A DNA stretch of 37,589 nt from Chiloscyllium plagiosum (taxonomy: Eukaryota): NCBI RefSeq assembly GCF_004010195.1, contig NW_025215139.1, forward strand, positions 28,881 to 66,469. The letters run 5' to 3'. The notes beneath the pieces are model-generated. The model was not told the origin of the DNA and did no database searches. It was given only the letters and a program-made list of their open reading frames with translations. The translations under genes were made by a program, and so were the position numbers. Shown one piece after another: positions 11,200 to 21,739 of this stretch. Numbering within the stretch: the first letter of the stretch is position 1; the number at the start of each line of letters is the position of its first letter.

Positions 11200-11500
11200 T
11201 TCAACTAGAGTAGGCAGCACGCCTACCAGTGAATCAGCTATATTTTTTGCAAGGACAATTTTTATTCCTGGAGCTGAGAGTTAGGGGTCCAGTACTCTTA
11301 CCATACATTCTCCACTCTTCTCTGGACTATCTCGCCTCACATTACATAACTGAGCACTTTTGCCTCACTATGAATTCATGTCCCCAGCACATTTTCTGAC
11401 AATAATCTCTCAAGAGTGCATAAAGCCTCACCCCTCAGCATTACAGACTGAAAAGATCCTGTGTCAATTAATATTGGAACCTCCTTACCTATGTACTCCT
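11200..11500 (-). pseudogene. pol: aspartic protease remnant
   Basis: VPILIDTGSFQSVML, with catalytic DTG at 11465-11457. Confidence 0.8.
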
Positions 11501-11649
11501 GGCCTATGTGAATAAACTTTACCCTTCTATGTAGATATTTTAACACAGATTTAGCACGTCCACTGATAATCTTGTAGACGCTGAGGCAGTTGCCTAACTC
11601 CCCCCGTGCTTTTTGTTACTAGTAAAACGAAACTTCCAGGCTTGTCTGG

Positions 11650-12697
11650 TTATCCTACATCTGGTTTTCTCCCAGCCCACCAACACTGTGATTTCCAATG
11701 AAAACACCATAGTATTTTAACTTCTTTGTCCCCCTCAAGGTTTTCTTTATTACCGTGGTAAATTATCCTTACGTTCTACACTATGATCTACGTTTCCCTT
11801 TGCACGTGAGGATATCTCTTTGTTCCAAGTTCTGTCCCTCAGAAACCAGAACTGATTCTGGAAAGCAAACCAAGTTGATGGACCAGGTCATAACCATCAG
11901 CTATTTCAGCAGCTAAGCTTGCTGTTTACACTCTCTGCTCTTCCACCTGAGTTTGCATTACATCAGGCAGTGAATTTTTGAATTCGTCCAAATACTATTT
12001 GATTCTTACAAACTCAGTGAAGGTTTGACCAGGATCCTCATTAGATTCCTGAAAGGTTGCCTATGCAGACCTAACGTTTATTTTTTCACATCCTCATACT
12101 CCCCATATACCTCCTCTGACAGGGATGTGAATACCTCACCAGTCCTACCTACAAGTTTCGTTTGGATCAACAAAACCCACATTGCCTCTGGCCACTGCAT
12201 TTATTTAGCCAACTTTTCAAATGAGACGAAAAGGGCATCACATTCTTCTCATCAAACTGAGGCAATGCTTGAACATAATCAAACAAATTCTCACTAGGCC
12301 TCTAACTACCTGGGCCTTGCTCATCTGCACTCTCTTCCTTCGAAAACCCACCAAAGCTCTCTCTTTCTCTCTCCCCTTCTGCTCTCTCTTTTACCATTCT
12401 TTCTTTTTATTCTCTGTTCTGCTGCTCTCTCTACACCCCCCCCTCCTTACGTCTCGCTGCTAACTCAAGATCTTTCATTTGCAACTGAATTCTTGCCATC
12501 TCTGATTCTGATGGTTTCTCCAGCAAATTTAATTGACGAGCTACTGCTGTAATTATCTCTCCTTTCCTCACAGAAGCAGTCAGTTCCAATTCCAGCTTCT
12601 CTGCTAATTCTTGCAACTTGGTCTTATTCACTTTTCGTAAAATTTCCAAAGTCACTGCATGCACACTCAGGAAACGTTTGGCGACTGAAATAGCCAT
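11650..12697 (-). pseudogene. gag: gag remnant (N-terminal helical region, capsid, eroded zinc knuckle)
   Basis: ATG at 12697 MAISVAKRFL...LQELAEKLEL; SFEKLAK*MQWPEAMWVLLIQTKLVG...RQPFRNL capsid-like block; CFH..KSQCWW near 11710-11675. Confidence 0.75.
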
Positions 12698-12774
12698 TAC
12701 TATTCTTAGCTTTGTGAACCCAATCAACGAATACCCGAACTAAAGACACTAGCATCTCCCACTCGCTGTTAAAA

Positions 12775-12793
12775 ATCCAGCAATAAGCCCCTA
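12775..12793 (-). other. Degenerate primer-binding site, possibly tRNA-Pro
   Basis: Minus strand TAGGGGCTTATTGCTGGAT lies 3 nt inside the 5' LTR and resembles TGGGGGCTCGTCCGGGAT. Confidence 0.45.
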
Positions 12794-12796
12794 GTC

Positions 12797-13461
12797 TGTT
12801 ACGGATGAGGCCAGACCACTCAATACATTCTTAAGCAAGCTGCCCAGAGCATAACTTTGCAGTTTGTTTTGGTAATTATCCAATGAAAATTACCGGGGGT
12901 AATTTAGCTAGGGTGACGTCTCGATTTTAAATCAGACAAGAACGTTATTTACAAAATTACACAATGAAACACAAAGAACAGAATAAAGAACCCGAACAGA
13001 ATTCAACCTATCCAGCTAGACTTAATTATGGTATTCCAAATACACACAATAGTCCCAATAATCAAACTCACTTGAAAAAACGTTATAATGGAATGCATGC
13101 TTCCAGGTTGAAGCTGAAGGGCAGAAAAGAGGGAGAGTTCCACACAGCTCCCAGTTGAACTTCCCAGTTCAAGACTTAACTGAAAACGGCTCAGCTCAAC
13201 TCAACTCAGCTAGCTCAGCTAAAAGAGCTGACAATTCCCCATTCATTATCTAGATCACTGCTAAAGCATGACGATTTTGGCCTGTAGTTTCAACTGTTTA
13301 CGTATAAATAAAAGGCCTCTGAAAATCCCTTTCATGTCTGTACCAAACCAGACTGATCGTAGCCTGGCCCCGTTTTATTGACCCTTTGAAAAACATCAAG
13401 GACTGTGTCGACTTGAGCCAATGAACAGCTTTTAGCAAAACAGAAGGATTGGTTTGTGACA
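12797..13461 (-). repeat. 5' LTR (665 bp)
   Basis: TGTTACGG...TTTGTGACA; homologous to 6774-7412 with many substitutions and indels. Confidence 0.92.
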
Positions 13462-13674
13462 GATAAGATAGGCTAGTGTTCTGCATGGAGGTCAGAAGCT
13501 AGTGGGAATGCCTAATACTATCAGAGTGTGGCTGATGACAGATTTGTGAACAACATGACGTTCAATGCAGGGTCACACACCAACTGCACATCCAGACGGT
13601 AAGAGTTCATTCAGAACCTGGAGCTCTCTCTCTCTCAAACAACATGGGGACTCCATAGAGCTCTGTAAACTTTC

Positions 13675-14400
13675 ATAGAGTCAGAGAATTCTAAAGCACA
13701 GAGACAGGCCCAATAGCACAAACTAGTTCATGCTGATCAAAATGTCCATCCATGCTAACCCCATTTCCCTGCGCTTGGTCCATATCCTTCTAAACCTTTC
13801 CTATCTATATATTTGTCCAAATGTGAAGACACATGTCATGGAAAACATGGTATATCTAATGCTATCCGTGTTTTGTTTTGGAAATAATGAGTGTTGATTG
13901 GTAACACTCGAGTGTTAATACAATCACGTTTTTATTCTTTTTGTTGCGTTACAGATTAAACACTCATTTCCTTCACACTTTCCTCATGGTACCATCACTG
14001 CAGGGATTAGTCTTGTGAAACCTAATTACACCGTCTCTCTGTAGCAAGGAGATCATTGATTATAAATGAAAGAAATTATTTTCTCAAGTACACTCCACAA
14101 CTGCAGGACGGAGTCTTCACTCTTATAGTTTAATCATTTTGTAATGAACGATACTACTCATTTATTTTGCTGGTTACTTGCTGAGCCATAGAGTCATAAA
14201 GATGCACAGGATGGAAACAGATCGTTTGGTCCGACCCGCCCATGCCGACCAGAGATCCCAACCCAACCTCGTCCCACCTGCCAGTACCCGACTGTTCTGT
14301 ATGAATTTTGTTAGTGCCTCATGATCAAGGACATCCAGCTCCTTTTCACCAAGAGCACTTCCCATCATCGCGCCTTCTCATAAATACAAAATGAGAAGGA
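13675..14400 (-). repeat. CR1/HER1 3'-end fragments (13675-13825, 14188-14295) within an older decayed CR1 ORF2 remnant (13960-14400)
   Basis: CATAGAGTCA...ACAGG..ACAG..CC...GGTCC tail signatures; minus strand GGTTTCACAAGACTAATCCCTG corresponds to an RFTRLIP motif. Confidence 0.65.
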
Positions 14401-14494
14401 TGGCATTTTTTGCCAATCATTTATTTGCCTTATGAAGCAAAGTCACACCAACAACAACATCACTATTGCCATTGGAGTTGATTTGAGATACTGA

Positions 14495-14965
14495 GGAGGC
14501 GATGATCTAGCTGTATTATCTCCGAATATTAATCCAGGGAATCAGGTAATGACCCAGACACCGGATCCGAATCCCACAATGGCAAATCTTGGGAATTGAA
14601 TTCAATAAAATATCAGGAATTAATAATCAAATGAAACAATGAAACCATTGTTGATTGTCCTACCTGGCACCCTCATGCCCTTCAGGAAAGGAAATCTACC
14701 ATCTTCATCTGGTCGGGCTTACATCTAACCCCAGACCCACAACAATGTGGTTAACGCTCAGTTGCAGTTTGAAATAGCCAAGCCATCCACTCAGTTATAT
14801 CAGTCACTTCAAAGCTTCAAAGAAAAGAAACCGCATGGACCTCAGCACTGACTACTTACAACCCACGGACTGCAGTGGGTCAGGAAGGCAGCTCACCAAA
14901 ACCTTCTCATGGACAATGAGGAAAGGGAATTAAATACTGGCCCTGCATCACATTAATGAATAAAG
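14495..14965 (+). mobile_element. SacSINE1-like (Deu-domain) tRNA-derived SINE
   Basis: GGAGGCGATG head, GAATCCCACAATGGCA, CCTTCAGGAAAGGAAATCT...CCAGACCCACAACAATGTGGTT core, GGAAGGCAGCTCACC...ATGAATAAA LINE-like tail. Confidence 0.7.
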
Positions 14966-15129
14966 GAAGATGATCCCACTCAGGGAAGAGAGAAAAACAG
15001 ACACAAATAACTTTAAACAGTGACTTTGACATGTACCTTACATGGTGATGATTATCAGTAATATGGGAACAGGAGAAACATAAGCAAGATTTAATTTCAT
15101 TTTTTATTTCCATCCCAGCTGATCATAAA

Positions 15130-15660
15130 CAATTCCTTTGTTTGCTTCTTTTTCTCTATCTCTCTCTTTCTCCATCTATTCAACTCAGTCCTTCTCCCCT
15201 TCATAACAGATGTTGGGTGTCACCAACATCAATCACGCTATTTCCCAACTGTGTTCAGTTCTGATGTATGGTAATTAGAATCGAATTGTCAATTCTATTT
15301 TTCTCTCGACCTGAGGGGGCTGCCAAATCTGCTCAGTTTGTCTGGCACTTTCTCTTTCTTTATTGTTTCTGATCTGGTGCATCATTCTTTGCTTTATTTA
15401 ACCTTTAATTTTGTTATTACTTGGAATGTCTGCATCGTTGACAGGGGCCGCATTTGTTGACCTAACCAAGTGTCATTTACTGCGAGGTCATTCTTTCAGG
15501 CAGTACAGAACCAAGCACATTGCTGTGGGTCTCACATCAATCTTAAGCCAGACCAGATAATAACACAAGATCTATTTACCAAAGGACATCAGTGAAATAG
15601 ATAAACGTATGGACAAAATGCTGGAAGTGTTATGGTTGTTATTTCCAATTCCTGTCTTTT
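15130..15660. repeat. Penelope pLTR fragment (+) joined to a SacSINE1-like SINE (-)
   Basis: CAGTTCTGATG...GCTGCCAAATCTGCTCAGTTTGTCTGGCACTTTCT followed by CACATTGCTGTGGGTCT...GCCAGACCAG; the same composite and junction occur at 18960-19560. Confidence 0.6.
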
Positions 15661-16220
15661 GTATTTACTTTCTGACATCGTCCGTGGTAGGATGTGGAAC
15701 AGTGTCTTTCTGTGTAATAACCTGTGCATCTGAATTACATTTCTTCCGACATTACTGCTCTGAGAGAGTATTCCTATCATTCAGTTATTTTAGAGACAAG
15801 AACAAAGTTGTGATCGGAATATTTGCAACTGAAAGAGTGCTTTGCAACTGAAAGAGGTGGAACCATAACGTCTGAATTTCACCAAAGCATAGATAATGGT
15901 TTATTAAGCGTCAGCATTGAAGCCAAGATGGTGACTGGGCATATAATCGAGCTGTTAGTGGACAGGTTTTGTGATGGGCAGAATACCGAGACATAAATGA
16001 ATTCCATTTATTTAAATTCGGTATTGTGAACAGTCTCGTTCTCAGATGTTTGTGAGGGCGGGGGTTTGGGCGGTTCTGAAATTTGTGGGAAATCAATGGA
16101 ATTTGCATTTCAAACTGAAGACAATAGTTTCCGTCTTTGTCAAATATAGATAACAGAAATAGCAAAGAAGTTCGCCATGTTTGAAGAGATTAATAAATGG
16201 ATAGAGATGAAGAAACTTAC

Positions 16221-16353
16221 CAGGAACACCAACAATAGCGAGGATAGGATAGTAACCCGCCTGGATAATTATCAGTGCACAATATATCTGATATGGTAAT
16301 GGTAACGAAGACCAGGAAAAAGAGAAAAGTCCCTCGGATAAACCCCTGTCCAT
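16221..16353 (-). CDS. gpr139-like: First coding exon of a GPR139/GPR142-like orphan class A GPCR (N-terminus and first half of TM1); partial gene
   Basis: MDRGLSEGLFSFSWSSLPLPYQIYCALIIIQAGYYPILAIVGVP ends at CCTG|GTAAGT, a perfect donor in phase 1. YYPILAIVGVP and the phase-1 intron before the TM1 Asn match my recollection of GPR139 structure (YYSLLLCLGLP|ANIL). Start context ACAATGG; upstream acceptor TTTTCTGTCTCCTATTAG at 16547-16530. Confidence 0.8.
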
Positions 16354-17059
16354 TGTTGCAGCATTCCAGTCTAATGTTCTCAAATTCTAATCCATTAATG
16401 GGATCATTCCAGACTATTCTCAGATGTTTAAATCTCCTTTTTCTGTCTCTGCAGCTGCTGATCCCTTTGAGCGTCGGAGTTGATGCATCTGCTGCTACAA
16501 TGGCATAAACCATTGCAAGAGGCCCCTTACTAATAGGAGACAGAAAACATCCAGTGACACAACTAGGATCCATGGAGACTGGCATCAATCACAGTCACTG
16601 AACAAACAGCTCCATTTAACCCCTTTCAGTATGGTTCCTTCAGTTCACATAAACTACTGGACTGGATTGAATGTTGGCACCGTTGGCTATTGATCACATC
16701 TCCCATCACCTATTGCTCTCGTGAAGTTAGTAGTGAGAGAGAATGATGCAAGTTTTCTTATCGTAGGCTAGATGATTCTGCTGCGTTGTCAGTTTGCAGT
16801 ACCGTAACTGGCTGAACCTCCCACCACCACCACCCTCAGAAACCACAATCTACATGCTGTTACCGGGCAGATCTCTCCTGGACTAGAACAGGCACCATCC
16901 AATATATTTACAGTGGATATATTTGCACTCCAATACATAGGAATTGTGAATTTGTCTGAGCATTCCTTGCATTGATCTAATAAGTCATTTTTGTATTTTC
17001 AACACTCAATGTGCTTCCGCGCTTTTTTAAAAAAATAAGTTCACAAACACCTTCACACA

Positions 17060-18170
17060 CTTTATTAAGCACACGTTTCTTCACTTTCTCCTCATGGTAA
17101 CATCATTCCAGGGTTTAATCTGGTGAAACCCCTTTGGACTGAATCGTTGACGAGATCATTATTTATAAAGCTGATCAAACCCTAACAGTCCCTCAAACAA
17201 AACACTATCATTGGGAAAGATGCATTTACTCTGATACTTTAATTATTGTGTATGAAGAGCCACATATCATTTACTTCCTGCTGCGTAAAAATTCTGTTTT
17301 TGACTTATGACCAAGCACTTCCAGGTCTGTTTCAACAACAGCACTTCCCAACCTCTCACTATTTATTGAACATAAATGTGAATGATGATATTTGTTGTTC
17401 ATATCTGAAATATTTTATATCTTGCGAGGAGCTATTGCCCAAACACTGATTCTTCTGATACGCCAAAGCCTTCACTCCAGATAATTATACTACTCTCTCC
17501 ATTCTCTCGATTATCCAACTTTTAATACATTCAGTGTATTCCACCCCTACCTACCCACGGACTGTAACATTCCCCACTCACCTGTATTCAACCATGTCAA
17601 ACGTCTGCTGAAAATTCAAATACTTCATTCCCACTGGTTCTCAATTGTCGAGGTCACAAAGGACAATCTCCACAAAGTCCAGCAGATTTATCAAAGATCA
17701 AGATCATTTCCCCTTCCTGAATCTAGATTGACTCTACCGAATCATGACATGATTTTCCAAGTGTCTAGTTGTCACATTCCTCACAAAAGGTTCCAATGTT
17801 TTTTTTCTCACAGCTTACATCAAGCAAACCATTGTTTAGTTTGCTCTTTTAAATATTTAGGTTTACAATAGCTGCTTTCAAGTCTGGAGGATCCTTTCCA
17901 GAATCTAACCAGCTTTGAAGAATAATCAGTAATTCTTTCACTAGCTCTACTGCCACCTCTTCAATACTCAGGGATGTAGCTCATCAGATGCAGCAATATA
18001 CCAACCTTAAATTCAATGAGATTTTGAAAGACATACCTTTTATTAATTCTAATTTCCTGCTGTTCCTCATTTTCACCAGTCACTCTGTTCCCTTGTATTT
18101 CTGCAAGTTTCTTTCTGTATCTTTCTCAGGGAGACAGGCACAATATATTGCTCTCAGCGGACAGATAGGT
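17060..18170 (-). repeat. Old decayed CR1-type ORF2 remnant, inside the predicted first intron of the GPCR gene
   Basis: Minus strand GGTTTCACCAGATTAAACCCTGG (RFTRL.PG) and eroded RT blocks; 17060-17400 is homologous to 13960-14400. Confidence 0.6.
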
Positions 18171-18379
18171 TCTGTCAGCCAGTGAATATATTGGAGGACT
18201 GCACTCCGGTGATGATGGATATGTTACTCACCCCTGCCTGAAAAGTTCCAGAATTAATCCAGTTTAATTTATGGTGAGCATTAGCACAGTCCTGTCACTG
18301 GTGTGAGGCTACACAGTATATTGAAGGAGGGGACACAGCTCAGTGACCACCTCAATTTTGAAACAAACTGGTTTCCTAC

Positions 18380-18530
18380 CTGACACCTGGTCCAGCTTAG
18401 ACAAATGTCCCGGGAAATCCCAGGAGAGATAATGCACTGTCCTGCACCTCCCTATTTATAGAGCTTCGCTTCTGTGGAGCCTCATCTCCATTTGTTTACC
18501 ATGGACCCAGACACTCTGTAAATGCAGTGC
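18380..18530 (-). promoter_or_regulatory. TATA promoter module P1 with candidate non-coding first exon (about 18430-18380)
   Basis: TATAAATAG at 18460-18452; donor CAG|GTAGGA at 18380/18379 (alternative GGG|GTGAGT at 18232/18231); 2 kb upstream of the GPCR coding exon; homologous to 21550-21650 and 36660-36760. Confidence 0.55.
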
Positions 18531-18959
18531 ACAGAGTGGGGTCACCAGACCCAGCAGCTGACAATACAAACCCGAGATAATCGTCCACAGAAACTCCACT
18601 GATTTTCCAATAACAGGAACAAGTCAATTCCCAACACGGAAGGTTCACGCGCTCAGTGTTGAAAAGTATTTCCATTCCTGAGTATCTCTTCCTGGCTGAG
18701 AAAGCCGTTGCATCTCTGCACAGTCCCACAGTAAGGGGTTCTCTCTCCAAAGAAGCAGTTGACAATGTAGCATTAACTTCCTCTATATCTCAGCAACTAT
18801 TAGGGCAGCACCAGTATTGCTAATGGATTTGATCATCACACTCAGAGAAGAGAGATAGAGGGAACCTAACTCACTTTAAACAGGGACATATCTAAATGGA
18901 CGCGATATTCAGGAATGTGGGAAATGGGGAAATGTTAGAATAACTTGCCATTTTGTTTT

Positions 18960-19630
18960 TCTTTCAGTTCATCATCAGCAATCCCTGTGCTCACTTTTCA
19001 TTTCTTTTCCTCTCTTTTTCAGGCCATTTCTCCATCCATTCAATTTAAACCTGGCCCCCACCTCTCTCTCTCCACCCCAACCATCCATGATACCTGGATA
19101 AATAATATTATTTCCAGTTTGCTTTCACTTGTGAAGTAGGGTCAAACCGTCATCTGCATTTTTCCTGACAGAGGTTGCCATACCAGCGAGATTGTCCAAC
19201 ACTTTCAGACGCTGGAGAATTTTATTTTCGATCTCTAGCACCCACCATTCTTTGATTTATTGCACCTTTAATGTTGTTGTTTCACGGGATGCCAACATCA
19301 CGGGCAAGGGCAGCATTTGTTGTCCATCACTAATTGTCCTTGACCACGCGGCCATTTGTCAAGACAAAATGGAGCCAACAATGTTGCAGTGGGTCTGAAG
19401 TCAGACTGAGCTCAGACTGGGTAATAATATTAAGTTTCTTTACGAAAGATTATCAGTAAAATAATAAAAATAAATCTTAACGGTTTCTGGTTTCCATGAG
19501 TGAAATTAGGTTTTATTCCAATTTTTGTCATTTGAATTTAAGCCCTGTCATCGGCTGTGGTAGGATGTTAAACACTGCCTTGAAGTCACAACCCGTGTCT
19601 CTGAATTAACCGTCCAGTTACATGATCACT
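18960..19630. repeat. Penelope pLTR fragment (+) joined to a SacSINE1-like SINE (-)
   Basis: CCATCCATTCA...TTTCCAGTTTGCTTTCACTTGTGAAGTAGGGTCA, then GGGCAAGGGCAGCATTTGTTGTCCATC...GTGGGTCTGAAGTCA. Confidence 0.6.
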
Positions 19631-20426
19631 CTGATACAGAGCCCTTATTGCCTAGTCCGTATTCCCTGGCCCCTGCCAGAGAGAGATAGCGGTGAAATCA
19701 GTTTAACTGCCAACAATCAAAAGGATTTTGGGAAAAAAGCGACAGGGAGATTGAGATTCAATTTCATACAAGATCACAGGTTTCAGAATGCTGAAATGAA
19801 GGCATTTCGACAGCATCCTACAGCATGAGCCAGTTTTCCCAGGATGATAGGTGAAGGGGATATTGGAGTCAATAAAGATAAGGGGGAGTTTTAGATGAAC
19901 ATTTGTTCTGCAACTTTGTAACTGGGTGTGGGGTCAGCAGATTCTTCGACTCATTGGGCTGAATCTAACAATAGTTTGTCTCAGTGACATTTTTATTGAA
20001 TGTGACAGAGGGATTGTCTGAATGAGACTGAACTAGTTTCATGGTGCTACCTTATCGAACTCACCACATTAACTACCCACTCAATCTCATAGTGTTCCTC
20101 GCATTCAATGCCACCCCAATTCTCCAACCCAACATGGCTGGAGGGACTCACCATCGCACCGATGTCCCTGGCTATTTTATGATCACTGACACTGGTGCCA
20201 TCTTTTCAAGGCCATTCGGCACACTGTTGTACTTCCTCAGTTTAAGCCACCCTGCACAGTTGACCCCGAGCATGGCAGATAAGGGGAACTAACACCTTTT
20301 AACAGGGGCACAGAACCCTAGTGGATGGGCTAGTACAGGGGGGTCCATTCCCTTCCCAGAGGAGGCCTCACCACCAGCCCCATCGAGCATGGTCTGAACT
20401 CACCACCCAGCACAGTGCAGTATCTG

Positions 20427-20429
<3 letters not shown>

Positions 20430-20474
<45 letters not shown>

Positions 20475-20490
20475 AACACACACACACACA
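20430..20490. repeat. Compound microsatellite (CT)n(CA)n
   Basis: Directly visible. Confidence 0.95.
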
Positions 20491-20601
20491 ATTTGAATAT
20501 GGAACATTCCAGATAGTGTTCCAAAGAATTCCCATTTTCAGGTGCAGGGACTTGCAGTCATTCAACCCCCTGGGTTCCTGCATAAAAATGCACTTATTTT
20601 A

Positions 20602-20666
20602 NNNNNNNNNNNNNNNNNNNNNNNNNNNNNNNNNNNNNNNNNNNNNNNNNNNNNNNNNNNNNNNNN
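20602..20666. other. Assembly gap (65 N)
   Basis: Run of N. Confidence 1.
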
Positions 20667-20694
20667 TGTTTCTGTCTGTAACAGTTACACTGTC

Positions 20695-20990
20695 TTCCAC
20701 TCAGTTGGCTGGACGGCTGGTTTGTGATGCAGAGGGAGGCCAGTAGCGCAGGTTAAGTTCCCCCATACTGACAGGGGTAACCATGAAGGGGACACTCTCT
20801 CAACAATGGACAATCGAGCATGGCAAATCCACTCTAAGCTGCACATCTTTGTACTCTGGGATGAAACTGGAGCATTGGGAGGGAACTCACACAGATATTT
20901 GGGGAATGTTCAAACTCACCTGAGGTTGGAATTGAACCCAGCTCCTTGGTGATGTGCGGCCGCAGTTCTAACCACATATCCATCATACTC
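20695..20990. mobile_element. tRNA-derived SINE head (+, about 20695-20805) abutting an old partial HE1 SINE (-, about 20815-20990)
   Basis: CTCAGTTGGCTGGACGGCTGGTTTGTGATGCAGAG head; GCATGGCAAATCCACT..CTGCACATCTTTG...GGAATTGAACCCAG is HE1 antisense. Confidence 0.65.
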
Positions 20991-21549
20991 CTCAGTTAGT
21001 TCTGTTAATTACTTGTAGCTGACTGAAGAAATCCAACTGGCTTGTTCTGATAACTGAACCTGACCCAGTCTTAGACCTTTATCATCGGCCATATCGCCAA
21101 CCTGGTTACATTTAAAATTTGTTGTGAGCAGTGGAGGAGTGGGACTAGAAATGGAAACAGTGACACTCTCCAATCTCAGCCAGAACCGGAGTGAAGAGAA
21201 ATTCACAAAGTGGGAATTCATTCAAGTGGCAATTCTCTCAACCAGAAGATTGGGAGGGCTGAATCTTCATATTTTGTCGAGGCTCACTTTGTCTGATTTT
21301 CCATAGACAGGTAAATCAGGGATCATTGTGAGATCAGAGAAAAGTGCAGCTGGGAACACAATGAAATGAGCCATGACCTTATTGACTGGTGGAATATTGT
21401 CAAAGTGCCGAATGGTCCAGACGTGTCCGTTCCATTCAGCCCTTCGGTCCTGCTGCGCAGGAACAGATTGAGGCCACTCCGATGGTTTGGTGTTGTTTGG
21501 CAAATGTATTGGAAAATCCAGGCTAGGTCAGGCAGTGACCCCCCTATCC

Positions 21550-21650
21550 CAATCCCTCTTTTCAGGCTTCTCCTCTCTGTAAATTCTGCTTCTGAGGTCG
21601 GTCATGGTACAGGCCCAGATTCACATTGAATACAGCCCCCATGTCCCACA
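21550..21650 (-). promoter_or_regulatory. Promoter-module paralogue P2 with decayed TATA box
   Basis: TCTCCTCTCTGTAAATTCTGCTTC...GGTCATGGTACAGGCCCAGATTCACATTGAATACAGCCCCCAT aligns with 36678-36751; CTATTTATAG is replaced by CTCTTTTCAG. Confidence 0.5.
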
Positions 21651-21739
21651 CAAGGTCAACTCAGACAACTCCTCTGCTGTCTCTGAATGCAACATTTTAC
21701 ATCATGATTTCCAGGAAAATAATCAATTATTTTCCAAAA

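Larger units (their letters stand above)
6774..13461 (-). mobile_element. Full-length decayed Gmr1-like Ty3/gypsy LTR retrotransposon (LTR-gag-PR-IN-RT-RH-LTR)
   Basis: Two similar TG...CA LTRs; near-TSD GAGA (6770-6773) / GATA (13462-13465); gypsy-type RT, RH and IN motifs with integrase upstream of RT; many stops and frameshifts. Confidence 0.93.

Noticed and set aside
6774..13461. Ty1/copia element or endogenous retrovirus
   Set aside because: RT/RH motifs (LDY..VN, YIDD, DAS..G.G, TDH) and the GPY/F-like region are gypsy-type; no env gene or room for one is visible.
16093..16220. Continuation of the GPCR ORF past VGVPG (KFLHLYPF...)
   Set aside because: Read-through of a perfect GTAAGT donor; lacks the TM1 Asn and later motifs.
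16436..16454. Strong plus-strand splice acceptor CCTTTTTCTGTCTCTGCAG
   Set aside because: No convincing downstream exon or plus-strand gene context.
20080..20425. GC-richer segment, possibly a Tx1/L1 or other TE fragment
   Set aside because: No motif I could assign confidently.
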